Position numbers and translations under genes: made by a program. 64,000 nucleotides of DNA from Flavisolibacter sp. (GTDB lineage: Bacteria > Bacteroidota > Bacteroidia > Chitinophagales > Chitinophagaceae), in the NCBI GenBank assembly GCA_035998945.1, contig DASYHD010000040.1, positions 57,062-121,061 of the forward strand, written 5' to 3'. A model generated the notes under the pieces. That model saw nothing but the letters and a program-made list of their open reading frames with translations. It searched no databases and was not told where the DNA came from. Below, one piece after another: positions 19,287 through 30,100 of the stretch (position 1 is its first letter; every line of letters begins with the position of its first letter).

Positions 19287-20663
19287 TTAGAATAAGTGGC
19301 GGTACACTTCTTCCACCTTGCTTAGCATTACTACTTCGATATTGAACTTATGCTTGCTTAATCCCTTTTGGTTGTACTTGGAGACAATGATCTTGCTGAA
19401 ACCCAGTTTTTCCGCTTCGGCAATACGTTGTTCAATCCTGTTTACTGCCCGGATCTCTCCGCTCAGGCCCACTTCTCCGGCAAAGCAGATGTCATGCGGT
19501 ACCGGCACATCTTCGTACGAAGAAAGCAGGGCTACCAGCACAGCCAGATCAATGGAAGGATCTTCTACTTTCAATCCACCTGCAATGTTGAGAAAAACAT
19601 CCTTTACTCCAAAATGGAAACCACCCCGCTTCTCGAGCACGGCTAACAACAATTGCAGCCGCCTTGTATCAAAACCACTAACTGTTCGCTGTGGTGTGCC
19701 GTATACCGATTGGGTCACCAGTGCCTGCACTTCTATTAATAATGGACGTTGGCCTTCAATAGTTGCAGCAATGGCAATGCCCCCTAAGGATTCTTCCTTT
19801 TGCGTCAGCAGAATCTCACTGGGATTCAGCACTGGGTTCATGCCATTATCATTCATTTGGTAAATGCCCAATTCGGCAGTGCTGCCAAAGCGGTTTTTCA
19901 GCGTTCGCAAAATACGGTAGGCATAGTGCCGGTCACCTTCAAATTGCAAAACAGTATCTACCATGTGTTCCAACAACTTGGGACCAGCAATGGCACCTTC
20001 TTTCGTAATATGTCCAATGAGGAAAACAGGCGTATTGGTTTCTTTGGCGAATTGTTGAAACTCCGCTGCGCATTCGCGTATCTGGGATACACTTCCCGGT
20101 GAGGATTCAACAAAGGATGATTCCAGTGTTTGAATTGAATCAACGATAATCAGTTCTGGCTTTAACTTTTTTATTTCCTGGAAGATGATATTGGTAGATG
20201 TTTCGGTAAGTAAATAGAAGTTTTCATTCTGCATGTTCAACCGGTCAGCACGCATCTTTATTTGCTGTTCACTTTCTTCACCACTGATATATAAAGTGGT
20301 GATGCCTTTAAGCTGCAGTCCCATTTGCAGAAAGAGTGTTGATTTTCCAATGCCTGGTTCTCCGGCAACCAACACAATGCTTCCGGGTACAATACCACCG
20401 CCCAATACGCGGTTCAATTCCGCATCAGATGATAGTAAGCGTGGTGATTCTTTGGTTTCAACTTCGTTGAGATGGCGGGTTCTTTTAGTGGTGTCTTTAT
20501 CAACGTAAGAAGCCCAGTCGTTGACGCTTGCTTTTTTAGTGTCTTTTTGAATGAGTTCTTCTACGAAGGTATTCCACTGTTGACACCCCGGACATTTACC
20601 TAGCCATTTTGCACTTTCATACCCACAGTTCTGACAGAAGTAGGCAGTTTTTACTTTCGACAT
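19287..20663 (-). CDS. radA: DNA repair protein RadA/Sms
   Basis: CQNCG...KCPGC zinc finger, GEPGIGKST, KNRFG, Lon-like C-terminus. Confidence 0.97.
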   Translation of the reverse strand: MSKVKTAYFCQNCGYESAKWLGKCPGCQQWNTFVEELIQKDTKKASVNDWASYVDKDTTKRTRHLNEVETKESPRLLSSDAELNRVLGGGIVPGSIVLVAGEPGIGKSTLFLQMGLQLKGITTLYISGEESEQQIKMRADRLNMQNENFYLLTETSTNIIFQEIKKLKPELIIVDSIQTLESSFVESSPGSVSQIRECAAEFQQFAKETNTPVFLIGHITKEGAIAGPKLLEHMVDTVLQFEGDRHYAYRILRTLKNRFGSTAELGIYQMNDNGMNPVLNPSEILLTQKEESLGGIAIAATIEGQRPLLIEVQALVTQSVYGTPQRTVSGFDTRRLQLLLAVLEKRGGFHFGVKDVFLNIAGGLKVEDPSIDLAVLVALLSSYEDVPVPHDICFAGEVGLSGEIRAVNRIEQRIAEAEKLGFSKIIVSKYNQKGLSKHKFNIEVVMLSKVEEVYRHLF

Positions 20664-21094
20664 AGTACGAATTTAACCTTGTTACAGATGAAAATTGTTA
20701 TCGGATATGCAGCTGGAGAAAGCGAATTCGGAAAGGAAAAAATTTAGTAAAAAGGGCTGATCTTGCGACCAACCCTTTTACTTACTAACCCATTAAATTC
20801 TGACACTAAATTACAATTCTGCGCCACTTTACAAAATAATTTTTTGGCGATGTGCATAACTTTTTGTGAATTTTATATAAAGCAGAGGGTCATTTTTACT
20901 TCTGTAAATGATTGTAAATTAAGCATTTAGGAATCATTCAAAAAACATATTATAAAAAATATTACTGATAAACTGTCATATAAATTCTTCTTTATTCCGC
21001 TGAAACTGACAAAAGGTTAAACCTGCCTGACGGGAACGCTTTTTTCGGTTTTTGGACATAGTTTTGAGGTAATAAAACCAAAAAAGGAGAGACG

Positions 21095-21787
21095 ATGACG
21101 CCATCCATTATGATTGTTTCATTAATTTTTATCGGTATCAGTATGCTTGTCTCCATGATACTGAAGAGCCGGTTTGCTGCCTATAGCAAAATTCCGCTTT
21201 CGGCCCGCCTGACCGGTAAGCAAGTGGCAGAGAGAATGTTACAGGAAAACGGAATTTACGATGTAAAGGTGGTTTCGGTGGAAGGGTTCTTGTCCGACCA
21301 TTATAACCCGGCTAATAAAACCATTAACCTGAGCCCTGAGGTATACAATAATTACAGCGTTTCGGCTGCTGCCGTGGCTGCTCACGAAACCGGGCATGCC
21401 ATTCAGCATGCGACGGCATATGCCTGGCTAAGCTTGCGGAGTAAACTGGTACCTGCGGTACAAGTAAGCTCTACAGTAGTAAACTGGGTTCTTTTGATCG
21501 GTGTATTCATGGCCGCCTCTGGTAACTCAACATTACTGCTGGTAGGTATTGCGCTGTTTGCGCTTTCGGTGATCTTTTCGCTGATTACGCTGCCGGTTGA
21601 ATTTGACGCTAGTCGCCGTGCCTTGGCTTGGTTGAACCGGACCAACGTTACCAATGCCCAGGAATATCCCAAGGCTAAAGACGCCCTGAAGTGGGCTGCT
21701 ATGACTTACGTTGTAGCTGCGCTGGCTGCCGTTGTAACGCTGTTGCAGTATGTTATGATTTACATGGCCGGCAGAGACAGGGAGTAA
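21095..21787 (+). CDS. membrane zinc metallopeptidase (YugP/Zn_peptidase_2 type)
   Basis: LSDHYNP, AAHETGHAIQH (HExxH), TLPVEFDASRRA, AAMTYV. Confidence 0.9.
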   Translation: MTPSIMIVSLIFIGISMLVSMILKSRFAAYSKIPLSARLTGKQVAERMLQENGIYDVKVVSVEGFLSDHYNPANKTINLSPEVYNNYSVSAAAVAAHETGHAIQHATAYAWLSLRSKLVPAVQVSSTVVNWVLLIGVFMAASGNSTLLLVGIALFALSVIFSLITLPVEFDASRRALAWLNRTNVTNAQEYPKAKDALKWAAMTYVVAALAAVVTLLQYVMIYMAGRDRE

Positions 21788-21808
21788 AAAAGGCCAAAAT
21801 TCATTCAG

Positions 21809-21832
21809 AAGCCACCTTCGGGTGGCTTTTTT
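21809..21832 (+). terminator. intrinsic terminator
   Basis: aagccacc-TTCG-ggtggctt followed by a T-run. Confidence 0.8.
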
Positions 21833-22078
21833 ATGGAAATATGTCAGTTTTGAAAGAAGCAGAATTACAGTTCAGTCGCTTCTTGTTACCGGCTGCAGTC
21901 AACCCTCAATACTAGGTAAACTCTTTAGAGTTGCTTTAAAATAGAGTTAAGGATGAGATTTCCAATAATCCTCACAAATTTTATTTGCCGTTCGAATAGG
22001 TATTTGTACCATTCAGCAAAATTGACGGAAATCATTCGGCAATTTAGAATAACCCGCGGGTCTAATGCTTTCGCCCCC

Positions 22079-22086
22079 TATTTTTG
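22079..22086 (+). promoter_or_regulatory. -7 promoter element for susC1
   Basis: TATTTTTG lies inside the ORF-track extension, which supports the real start at ATG 22104. Confidence 0.55.
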
Positions 22087-22103
22087 CACACCTTTTTAAA
22101 TTA

Positions 22104-25085
22104 ATGAGAATGAGAAGATTAAAACTGCTCCTTTCAACAGGACTCTTGTTCTGTGTCCAATTCCTATGGGCCCAGGTTCAGGTAACCGGAAGAGTTACCG
22201 ATCAAAAGGATGGGACACCCATTGCTGGTGTTACCGTAACCTTGAAAAACGCTCAAACCTCTACCATCACCAACGCAGAAGGTTCTTTTAGCATTTCTGC
22301 ACCGGCAAACGGTACATTGGTGTTCAGTTCTGTGGGTTACCAGAGCGCCGAACGGCCAGTCAGCAGCGTGATGAATGTAGCCCTGACGGCTGGTGAAACG
22401 GCCATGACCGAAGTGGTGGTAACAGGTTATACCAACATTCAGCGCCGGAAATTTGCGGCCGCTATCACCTCTGTAAATTCAACAGAAATCCGCAAGCAGC
22501 CGTTTGGGTCATTTGACCAGGCACTTCAGGGACAGGCTTCCGGTGTTTCGGTTGTCGCAAACAGCGGTCAGCCAGGTGCTAACGCTGTTGTGCGGATCCG
22601 TGGTAACGGGTCAATCAACGGCAGCAACATTCCCCTGTATATTATGGACGGAATCGAGATTTCTGCGGCAGATTTTGCTACACTTAACCAGGGTGACTTT
22701 GAACGTGTGGAAATACTGAAAGATGCCGTGGCTACCGGTATGTATGGCTCCCGCGGTGCAAACGGGGTTATTGTTATCTCAACCCGTAAAGGCCGTTCCG
22801 GTCAGATTCAATTGAACTATGATGCTCAGGTAGGTTTCAGTGATCTGCCAAAAGATCGACTGGAACTAATGAACAGTAGTCAGAAAATTGATTACGAGTT
22901 GCGAAGAGGCAATCCTTACGGATGGTCTACCGCTGAAGCAGACAGCCTGCGGAATGTAAATTTTAGCTGGAGAGACGCTCTTTTCCAAACCGGCGTTACA
23001 CACCAGCACCAGTTGAGTGCTTCCGGTGGAAGTCAAACCAGTCGTTTCTACGCTTCTTTATCCTACATGAATCAGGAAGGTATTGTAAAAACAACGGGCC
23101 TGAAACGCTATACCGCACGGGTGAATGTTGACAATACTATTAAAAGCTGGCGTTTTGGTCTGAATGTTCAGGGTGGATTTTCCAAGATCTCCCGTACGGC
23201 CGAAGGCGAAACATATACCAACCAACCACTGAATGCTATTCGTTGGGCAAACCCATATGAAAGGGATATTGATCCAAGAACAGGTACATGGCAGCAAACA
23301 GGTTTTGCACCCACACCAACTAGCCCGAGAGCCGGTCAGGGTACGCTTACATCCGGGCAGCCTAACCCCGCAATGGAATTGTTCCTGAACTATAATTGGA
23401 CCAACCAAATCAAAGGTATTGCAACCAGCTACCTTGAGTTCCATTTCCCCTTCCTGCAGGGATTATATGCCCGTACCAACTGGGGTATCGACTATGGGCA
23501 GAATGAATTAGCCGAGTTTAGCAGTCCAGAAGTTTCTACGGGGATTTCCCGTCAGGGTGCACTGAGTCGTTCTATGAACCGTACCTTCCGTTATACAGGT
23601 ACTACTTCACTGAATTACAAGCAGAATTTTGGCGATCATGAAATAGAAGGTGGTTTGTTTACAGAGGTTGTAAAAAGTGACTACCGCACATTTGGCTTTA
23701 CCGGTTATGGTTTCACCAATGGCTTTACCAATGAAACCGGTATTACGGCAGGTAGTGCTACCAATTCAAACTATATTCCTGTTGTTAACGGAAACGGAAG
23801 ACAAAACAGTCTGTTGTCATACTTTACGATTTTAAACTATGGCTACAGCGGTAAATATTATGTAACCTTAGTAGGCCGTCGCGATGGATCTTCCCGATTT
23901 GGTGTCAACCGCCGCTTTGCCAATTTTGGTTCAGTAGGCGTAACCTGGAACGTATTGCAGGAAAACTTCATGAAGAATGCAACTGCGTTCAACGAGTTGC
24001 GTGTTCGTGCCAGCTACGGTACCAATGGTAACCAATTAACGCCTATCGGTGATTATCCTATTCCTATCTTGGGTCGTGCAACCTACGGTGGTGTAACCGG
24101 ATGGCAGCCTACACAACCCGGTAACCTGGATTATACCTGGGAAACCAATAAAACCGCCAACCTTGGTTTGGACTTTGGCTTCTTTGGACGCCGCCTGACA
24201 GGTACAGTGGATTTTTATGACCGGAGAACAACAAACCTGTTTTATTCCCGTCCGGTTGACTATGCCGGATCTGGTTTTGGCGAGATTCCCGGAAACTTCG
24301 GCACCCTGCGCAACCGTGGTGTTGAACTGATGCTGCGTGGTGATGTTTTCCGCAGCCGTGACTTTAGCTGGTCAATTCAGGGTAACGTTACCTATAACCA
24401 GAACCGCGTAATGGATCTGCCGGAGGATTCTATCCCAACTAGCACAACCATCCTTGCAGAAGGCTTCCCGGTGAACAGCTTGTTCCTGGTACGTTATGCC
24501 GGTGTTAATCCAGCTACAGGTAATGCGCAATACTATGCCCGCGATGGAAAAATCACTGAGGTATTTAATACAGATGACAAGATCATCCTGGGAACATCCG
24601 ATGCTCCCTGGTACGGTGGTATCTCTACCACGGTTAATTACAAAGGTTTTGATCTGAGTGCGCAGGTAAACTTTTTCCTGAATCGTGTTATGTACAACAA
24701 TGACCTGAACAATGTTACCAACCCAGGTTACTATTGGGATAATCTGTCTGTACACCTGTTGAATGAGTGGCGTCAGCCCGGTGATATCACCAACGTACCT
24801 CGTCCAACATCCAGTGGTGGTAATGCCTACCAGGATGAAACTACCCGCTTTATGCAGGATGCCAGTTTCTGGCGCCTCCGGAACGTAACGCTGGGTTATA
24901 ATTTCCCTGTTTCAATCCTGTCAAGAGCAAAAGTGCGGTCAGCAAGGATCTTTGTACAAGGTCAAAACTGGTGGACGGCTACCAAGTTCGAAAGCTTCGA
25001 CCCTGAAATGAGCGGTACTTCACTGGTGGGTGCACAATACCCCGCTTTGATCCAGACCACGGTGGGTTTATCAATTGGTTTTTAA
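22104..25085 (+). CDS. SusC/RagA TonB-dependent outer membrane transporter (1)
   Basis: CarboxypepD-like N-domain, plug ALQGQASGV/IRIRG, ILKDAVATGMYGSRGANGVIVIST, WETNK, C-terminal Phe. Confidence 0.95.
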   Translation: MRMRRLKLLLSTGLLFCVQFLWAQVQVTGRVTDQKDGTPIAGVTVTLKNAQTSTITNAEGSFSISAPANGTLVFSSVGYQSAERPVSSVMNVALTAGETAMTEVVVTGYTNIQRRKFAAAITSVNSTEIRKQPFGSFDQALQGQASGVSVVANSGQPGANAVVRIRGNGSINGSNIPLYIMDGIEISAADFATLNQGDFERVEILKDAVATGMYGSRGANGVIVISTRKGRSGQIQLNYDAQVGFSDLPKDRLELMNSSQKIDYELRRGNPYGWSTAEADSLRNVNFSWRDALFQTGVTHQHQLSASGGSQTSRFYASLSYMNQEGIVKTTGLKRYTARVNVDNTIKSWRFGLNVQGGFSKISRTAEGETYTNQPLNAIRWANPYERDIDPRTGTWQQTGFAPTPTSPRAGQGTLTSGQPNPAMELFLNYNWTNQIKGIATSYLEFHFPFLQGLYARTNWGIDYGQNELAEFSSPEVSTGISRQGALSRSMNRTFRYTGTTSLNYKQNFGDHEIEGGLFTEVVKSDYRTFGFTGYGFTNGFTNETGITAGSATNSNYIPVVNGNGRQNSLLSYFTILNYGYSGKYYVTLVGRRDGSSRFGVNRRFANFGSVGVTWNVLQENFMKNATAFNELRVRASYGTNGNQLTPIGDYPIPILGRATYGGVTGWQPTQPGNLDYTWETNKTANLGLDFGFFGRRLTGTVDFYDRRTTNLFYSRPVDYAGSGFGEIPGNFGTLRNRGVELMLRGDVFRSRDFSWSIQGNVTYNQNRVMDLPEDSIPTSTTILAEGFPVNSLFLVRYAGVNPATGNAQYYARDGKITEVFNTDDKIILGTSDAPWYGGISTTVNYKGFDLSAQVNFFLNRVMYNNDLNNVTNPGYYWDNLSVHLLNEWRQPGDITNVPRPTSSGGNAYQDETTRFMQDASFWRLRNVTLGYNFPVSILSRAKVRSARIFVQGQNWWTATKFESFDPEMSGTSLVGAQYPALIQTTVGLSIGF

Positions 25086-25092
25086 TTTAAAA

Positions 25093-26625
25093 ATGAATTA
25101 TTCTATGTTTTCTAAAATAAAACGTTCACTAATTGCATTGGCTGTTTTCGGCATAGCCATGCAGAGTTGTTCCAAAGACGAGTTGCTGGAACTTCGCCCC
25201 GAGTTCAGCCTTGATGCTCTGGAAAATCCATCCAGCATGGATCAGGTAGAGCAAGTACTTCAGGGTGCTTATGCGCGATTCAGGATCACGGCTTTGCCTG
25301 ATCGTACCCTCACTTCTTATTTTTCATCTGGTAGCGGAACCGGCTCTGGCTGGGCCCTTATGCCAGACGTGATGAGCGATAACCTGTATGAGACTAATGA
25401 AACTCTGGCCAACTCAAGGGTCATGGCCGATTGGTTGTATCAGCCAAACACTGATCAGATTGAGGACATGTATGCGGCGCCTTATACTGTAATTGCTGCA
25501 GCCAATATCGTTTTGCGGGATGTAGATAAATTTACGACGGCTGATAATCAGAAGAGAGCCAACCGCATCAAAGGTCAGGCGCTGGCAATCAGAGCAGTGG
25601 CACATTTTGACCTGTTCCGCTATTTTGCTCCTAGATATGACAGAAACAGCACTTCTGACCTGGCTGTTGCTTATATCAAGGAGTTCCTGGTATCTACTTC
25701 CAATCAGCCTGCCCGTTTGAACAACAAAGAGTTCTACGACAACTTGTTTGCTGATCTTACAGCTGCTCAAACATTACTTGCTGATGTTGATGCAGCCATC
25801 AACCCGGCCAGCAAACCAAGCCGCCCCTATATTGACCTGGCAGGTGTTTACGCGATTCAGGCAAGGGCTTACCTGTATGCGCAGCAATGGAATGAAGCCA
25901 TCACGGCAGCAACCAATGCTATCAACCTGCGTCCGTTGGCTTCACAATCAGCTTTTGCCGGTATGTATACGGAGGCCAATGCAGGCGAGATTATTTGGAA
26001 CATACAGTTCGAGTCTGGCCAGAGCGGACCAACCTACCTGATTTATTTCCCTGCCCAGCAGCGTAGTTATTTCAGACCGGCTCCCGAAGTGGCAGATGCC
26101 ACTGGCCTTGTGGGTTTAATCAAAACCAACGATGTGCGTTACGATACCTACTTTAGTGAAGTAAATTCCAACATCAGCAGTGGTTTGGCGTTAGATAAGT
26201 ATCGCGGTAAAGGAACACAAACGGATGGTGCTGCCAACTTCATTGCCTTCAAAACCGGTGAAATGTACCTGATCAGGGCTGAAGCAAGAGCCAGAAGTAA
26301 CCAGGAGGGTTTGGCATTGCAGGATCTGAATGCGTTGCGTGCAGCAAGAATTACAGGCTATGTTCCTGCAGTTGGCCTGAGCGGCGATGCGCTTCTGACG
26401 GCAATTGCCCAGGAAAGAAGAAAAGAGCTGATCGGCGAAGGCCATCGCTTCTTTGACCTGAAAAGGACCACAAGAACTATTCAGCGTGGTTCTACCTGCG
26501 GAGATGTTCAGGTTTCTCCAAGTGGTGCCTGCACATTAGGACCGAATGCAAGAGAGTGGGCCCTGCCAATTCCGGAAGTGGTAATTCGAGCTAATCCTAA
26601 GACGGTTCAGAATCCTGGCTATTGA
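25093..26625 (+). CDS. SusD/RagB family lipoprotein (1)
   Basis: Lipobox MQSC, GQALAIRAVAHFDL, EMYLIRAEA, ERRKELIGEGHRFFDLKR, QNPGY. Confidence 0.95.
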   Translation: MNYSMFSKIKRSLIALAVFGIAMQSCSKDELLELRPEFSLDALENPSSMDQVEQVLQGAYARFRITALPDRTLTSYFSSGSGTGSGWALMPDVMSDNLYETNETLANSRVMADWLYQPNTDQIEDMYAAPYTVIAAANIVLRDVDKFTTADNQKRANRIKGQALAIRAVAHFDLFRYFAPRYDRNSTSDLAVAYIKEFLVSTSNQPARLNNKEFYDNLFADLTAAQTLLADVDAAINPASKPSRPYIDLAGVYAIQARAYLYAQQWNEAITAATNAINLRPLASQSAFAGMYTEANAGEIIWNIQFESGQSGPTYLIYFPAQQRSYFRPAPEVADATGLVGLIKTNDVRYDTYFSEVNSNISSGLALDKYRGKGTQTDGAANFIAFKTGEMYLIRAEARARSNQEGLALQDLNALRAARITGYVPAVGLSGDALLTAIAQERRKELIGEGHRFFDLKRTTRTIQRGSTCGDVQVSPSGACTLGPNAREWALPIPEVVIRANPKTVQNPGY

Positions 26626-26644
26626 TCTTCATGTATGAATAAAG

Positions 26645-26683
26645 AAAAGAGGCTGTCTCAATAATCAGAGACAGCCTCTTTTT
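26645..26683 (+). terminator. AGAGGCTGTC/GACAGCCTCT hairpin terminator
   Basis: 15-bp perfect arms aaaagaggctgtctc/gagacagcctctttt. Confidence 0.75.
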
Positions 26684-27192
26684 ATTTGATTTGGTGATGG
26701 AATTCGTTTTCATCTATGCGATTCTCAGCGCCTTCATTTCGCTTTTGATACAGCCTCTTTTTCAAAAAAGTCTTGCTCTTGTAATGTGCCTGGCAGCTTT
26801 CTTACATTCTCCGTTTGAGAATTGCTTGCTGACCAATTGCGAAAAACGTGACAGGCAGTGGTGTCTGGGCTTTGGTCAGAGAATGCACTTCTTCAGGCTG
26901 CAAGCACCGGTAATGTCGTAATGCCGTTTACCTTTCGATACCGATCGTTGTTATAAAAGATTGGCTCTTACCATAAGAAAAATACTATATTTAGTAAAAT
27001 GGCTGTTTATTGATTTGTTTTGGAGGGAATGCAGGCTTATTGCCCGTTGCGGCAAGACCTGTCTTCTGCAAAATCAAGACACAGAGTGAATCGAGTGAGT
27101 TGCAAAAAAATAGTTGCTGCTGCCAAAACAAAACGGGTAGTCCAGGGAAAATAGATCCTTATTCCTTTATAAATTACGCAAAACAACATGCT

Positions 27193-30100
27193 ATGATGCC
27201 TGTGCTTAGAGAAGTTGACATTATCTTGAAAAAGTACAACCGAAAGCAGCAGAAATTGTTTGTAAAATCAAATTTAGGGCTTCCTAAGGTAGCTTGTTTC
27301 ATGCTGCTAACCATCTTTCTTTTTCATATATCCGGACAGGCAAACGAAGGTGCAAAAAACCTGGACGAAACCTTTTCCGGATGGACGAAGAATAAAAAAG
27401 AAGTGGTACGAAATGCCGGACCCACGGGTATTTCCGGCTTCGTTGCTGATACTATTATCCGTGGTAAGGTGGTTGACAGCGCAGGGGCTCCCCTGCAGGG
27501 CGTATCCGTAGCGGTAAGAGGTACGCAGATCGGTACGACAACAAATGCGGCAGGGGAATTCATTCTTCGCGGATTACCGGCCAATGCGGTACTGGAAATC
27601 AGTAATGTGGGATATGAAATGCAGGAGATTACGGTAAGGCCCGGGCAAACCACCCTCGCAGTTACGCTGCTAAGAAATCAGGGTGTGCTGGCTGATGTTG
27701 TGGTAACCGGTTTCCAGCGGATCAGCCGGAAAAACTTTACCGGCGCTGCTGTTACATTAAAAGCCGAAGATGTACGGATTGAAGGCATGGCCGATGTTAG
27801 CCGGATGCTGGAAGGCCGTGCAGCCGGTGTTTCCGTGCAAAACGTGTCCAGCACGTTTGGCAGTGCCCCCAAGGTTCGTATCCGGGGCGCCACTTCTATC
27901 AACGGCGAAAACAAGCCCCTGTGGGTGGTGGATGGCGTGGTGCTGGAAGACATTATAAATATTTCCAACGACCAGCTTTCCAGTGGCGATCCCACGACTC
28001 TGCTGGGTTCTGCCATTGCCGGTATCAGCCCAAGCGATATTGAAAGTTTCGATATCCTGAAAGATGCCGCCGCCACGGCGCTTTACGGCGCCAGAGCTAT
28101 GAATGGCGTGGTGGTGATCACCACTAAAAGAGGCCGGTCCGGTAAAGCACAGATATCCTATACCGGGAACTTCAGTACGCAATTGAAGCCCCGCTATGCT
28201 GATTACAACATCATGAACTCGGCGCAGCAAATGTCGGTTTGGGGCGAACTGGAACGTAAAGGCCTTTTGAATACGGATATCTTAAGCAGTCCCAATTATG
28301 GTGTGTACGGTAAAATGTATGACCTGATGAACGCCGATGACAACGGAAATTTTCCCCTGCAGAATACAACGGCTGCCCGGAACGCTTTTCTGAAAAGTTA
28401 TGCACTGAAAAATACGGACTGGTTCGATATCCTTTTTCGCAACTCATTGATACAGGAACATGCCTTGAGTATCTCAACCGGTTCCGATCGGTCGCAATCC
28501 TTTTTTTCCACCTCCTTTTACAACGATAATGGCTGGACCATTGCCGATAACGTAAAACGTTATACGCTGAACTTTCGCAATAATTATAATTTCTCTGATA
28601 AACTGACGGGTGGCTTTCAAACCGTCGGTTCGGTGCGGCAGCAACAGGCCCCCGGTTCGCTGAGCCGCCAAAGCAACCCGGTAACCGGCCAGTTTGACCG
28701 TGATTTTGATATTAACCCGTTTAGTTATGCCTTAAATACCAGCCGCGCCATTACAGCTTATGACGATAATGGCAACCGGGAATACTTCCGGAGAAATTTT
28801 GCTCCATTCAATATCTTGACCGAATTGGAGAATAACAGGCTGCTGATAGATGTTATTGATTTAAAGCTCCAGGGCGAATTGAATTATCGCTTTGCTAACC
28901 ACTTCCGGTACGAATTTATCGGCGCTGTGCGGTATGTAAAATCAACCCGTGAGCACGAGATCACAGAAAATGCCAATATGGCGAATGCCTACCGGGCGGC
29001 CGGTAACCAGACCATCCGGAATGCCAACAAGTTTTTGTACCGCAACCCCGATGAGCCGGAGTCGCTGCCGGAGGTGGTGTTACCTTATGGCGGCTTTTAC
29101 AACCGCACGGAAAATAGCCTGCTGAGCTATGATATCCGGAACAGCGTGAATTATGTAAATACTTTTGGCGGCAAACACAATGTCAATCTGCTGGCTGGCC
29201 AGCAGATTAAACTTGCCGACCGTCAGAATTTCTCCAATACCGGTTATGGTTATCAGTACGAGAACGGCGGCATTCCCTTTATTGATCCACGTATTTTAAA
29301 ACAAACCATCGAAAGCAATTTTCCCTACTATGAAATGACAAAAACCTTTGACCGGTTTGCGGCTTTTTACCTGAACGGCCAATATACTTTCGACCGGAAA
29401 TACAACATTTATGGAACAGTACGTTATGATGGCTCTAACCAGTTAGGCTCGGCACCGACAGCCCGGTGGCTGCCCACCTGGAGCTTTGGCGGTGCCTGGA
29501 ATATTGACGAAGAAGGCTTCATGCAGAATGTTTCAAAAGTGGATTACCTGAAGCTGCGAGCCAGCTATGGATTGACTGCGAGCATGGGACCGGCCACCAA
29601 CTCCAATATCGTTTTGCGCAATTCCACCACCAACAGGCCCTATTCAACCGAAAGGGAATCAGTAATTCAGATATTCAATCTTGAAAATTCCGAACTGACC
29701 TGGGAAAAAAATTACCAGCTTAACATTGGGCTTGATGGAAGCCTGTTTGGCAACAGGATAAACTTCAGTGCGGATGTGTACAGAAGGCGCAGCTTCGACC
29801 TGATCAGCCTGATCAGGACATCCGGAATAGGCGGTTCTGATTATGATCCAAATACCGGCGAATTCCGGCCCTACAAAGCGGCTAATTATGCTGACCTCGA
29901 GTCCAAAGGTGTGGAATTCCTGATCGGCGGGAACATTATCCGCAAGCACAACTGGGGCTGGCGCACCAACTTGACATTTGGCTACAATACCAACGTCATC
30001 ACCAATGCCCGCAACCGGCCGCTAATTTTTGACCTGGTAAAACCGGAAGGTGGCAACCGGCAGGGCTATCCTGTTAATGGCTTATTTTCTATTGATTACC

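Noticed and set aside
26691-26921. 76-aa ORF between susD1 and susC2
   Set aside because: It starts right after a terminator, contains a repeat arm, and shows no family signal.
27022-27065. Possible cobalamin riboswitch (GGGAA ... AGACCTG) before susC2
   Set aside because: The core elements (GGTG, AAATCC, GCCCCCGCAACTGT) are missing.
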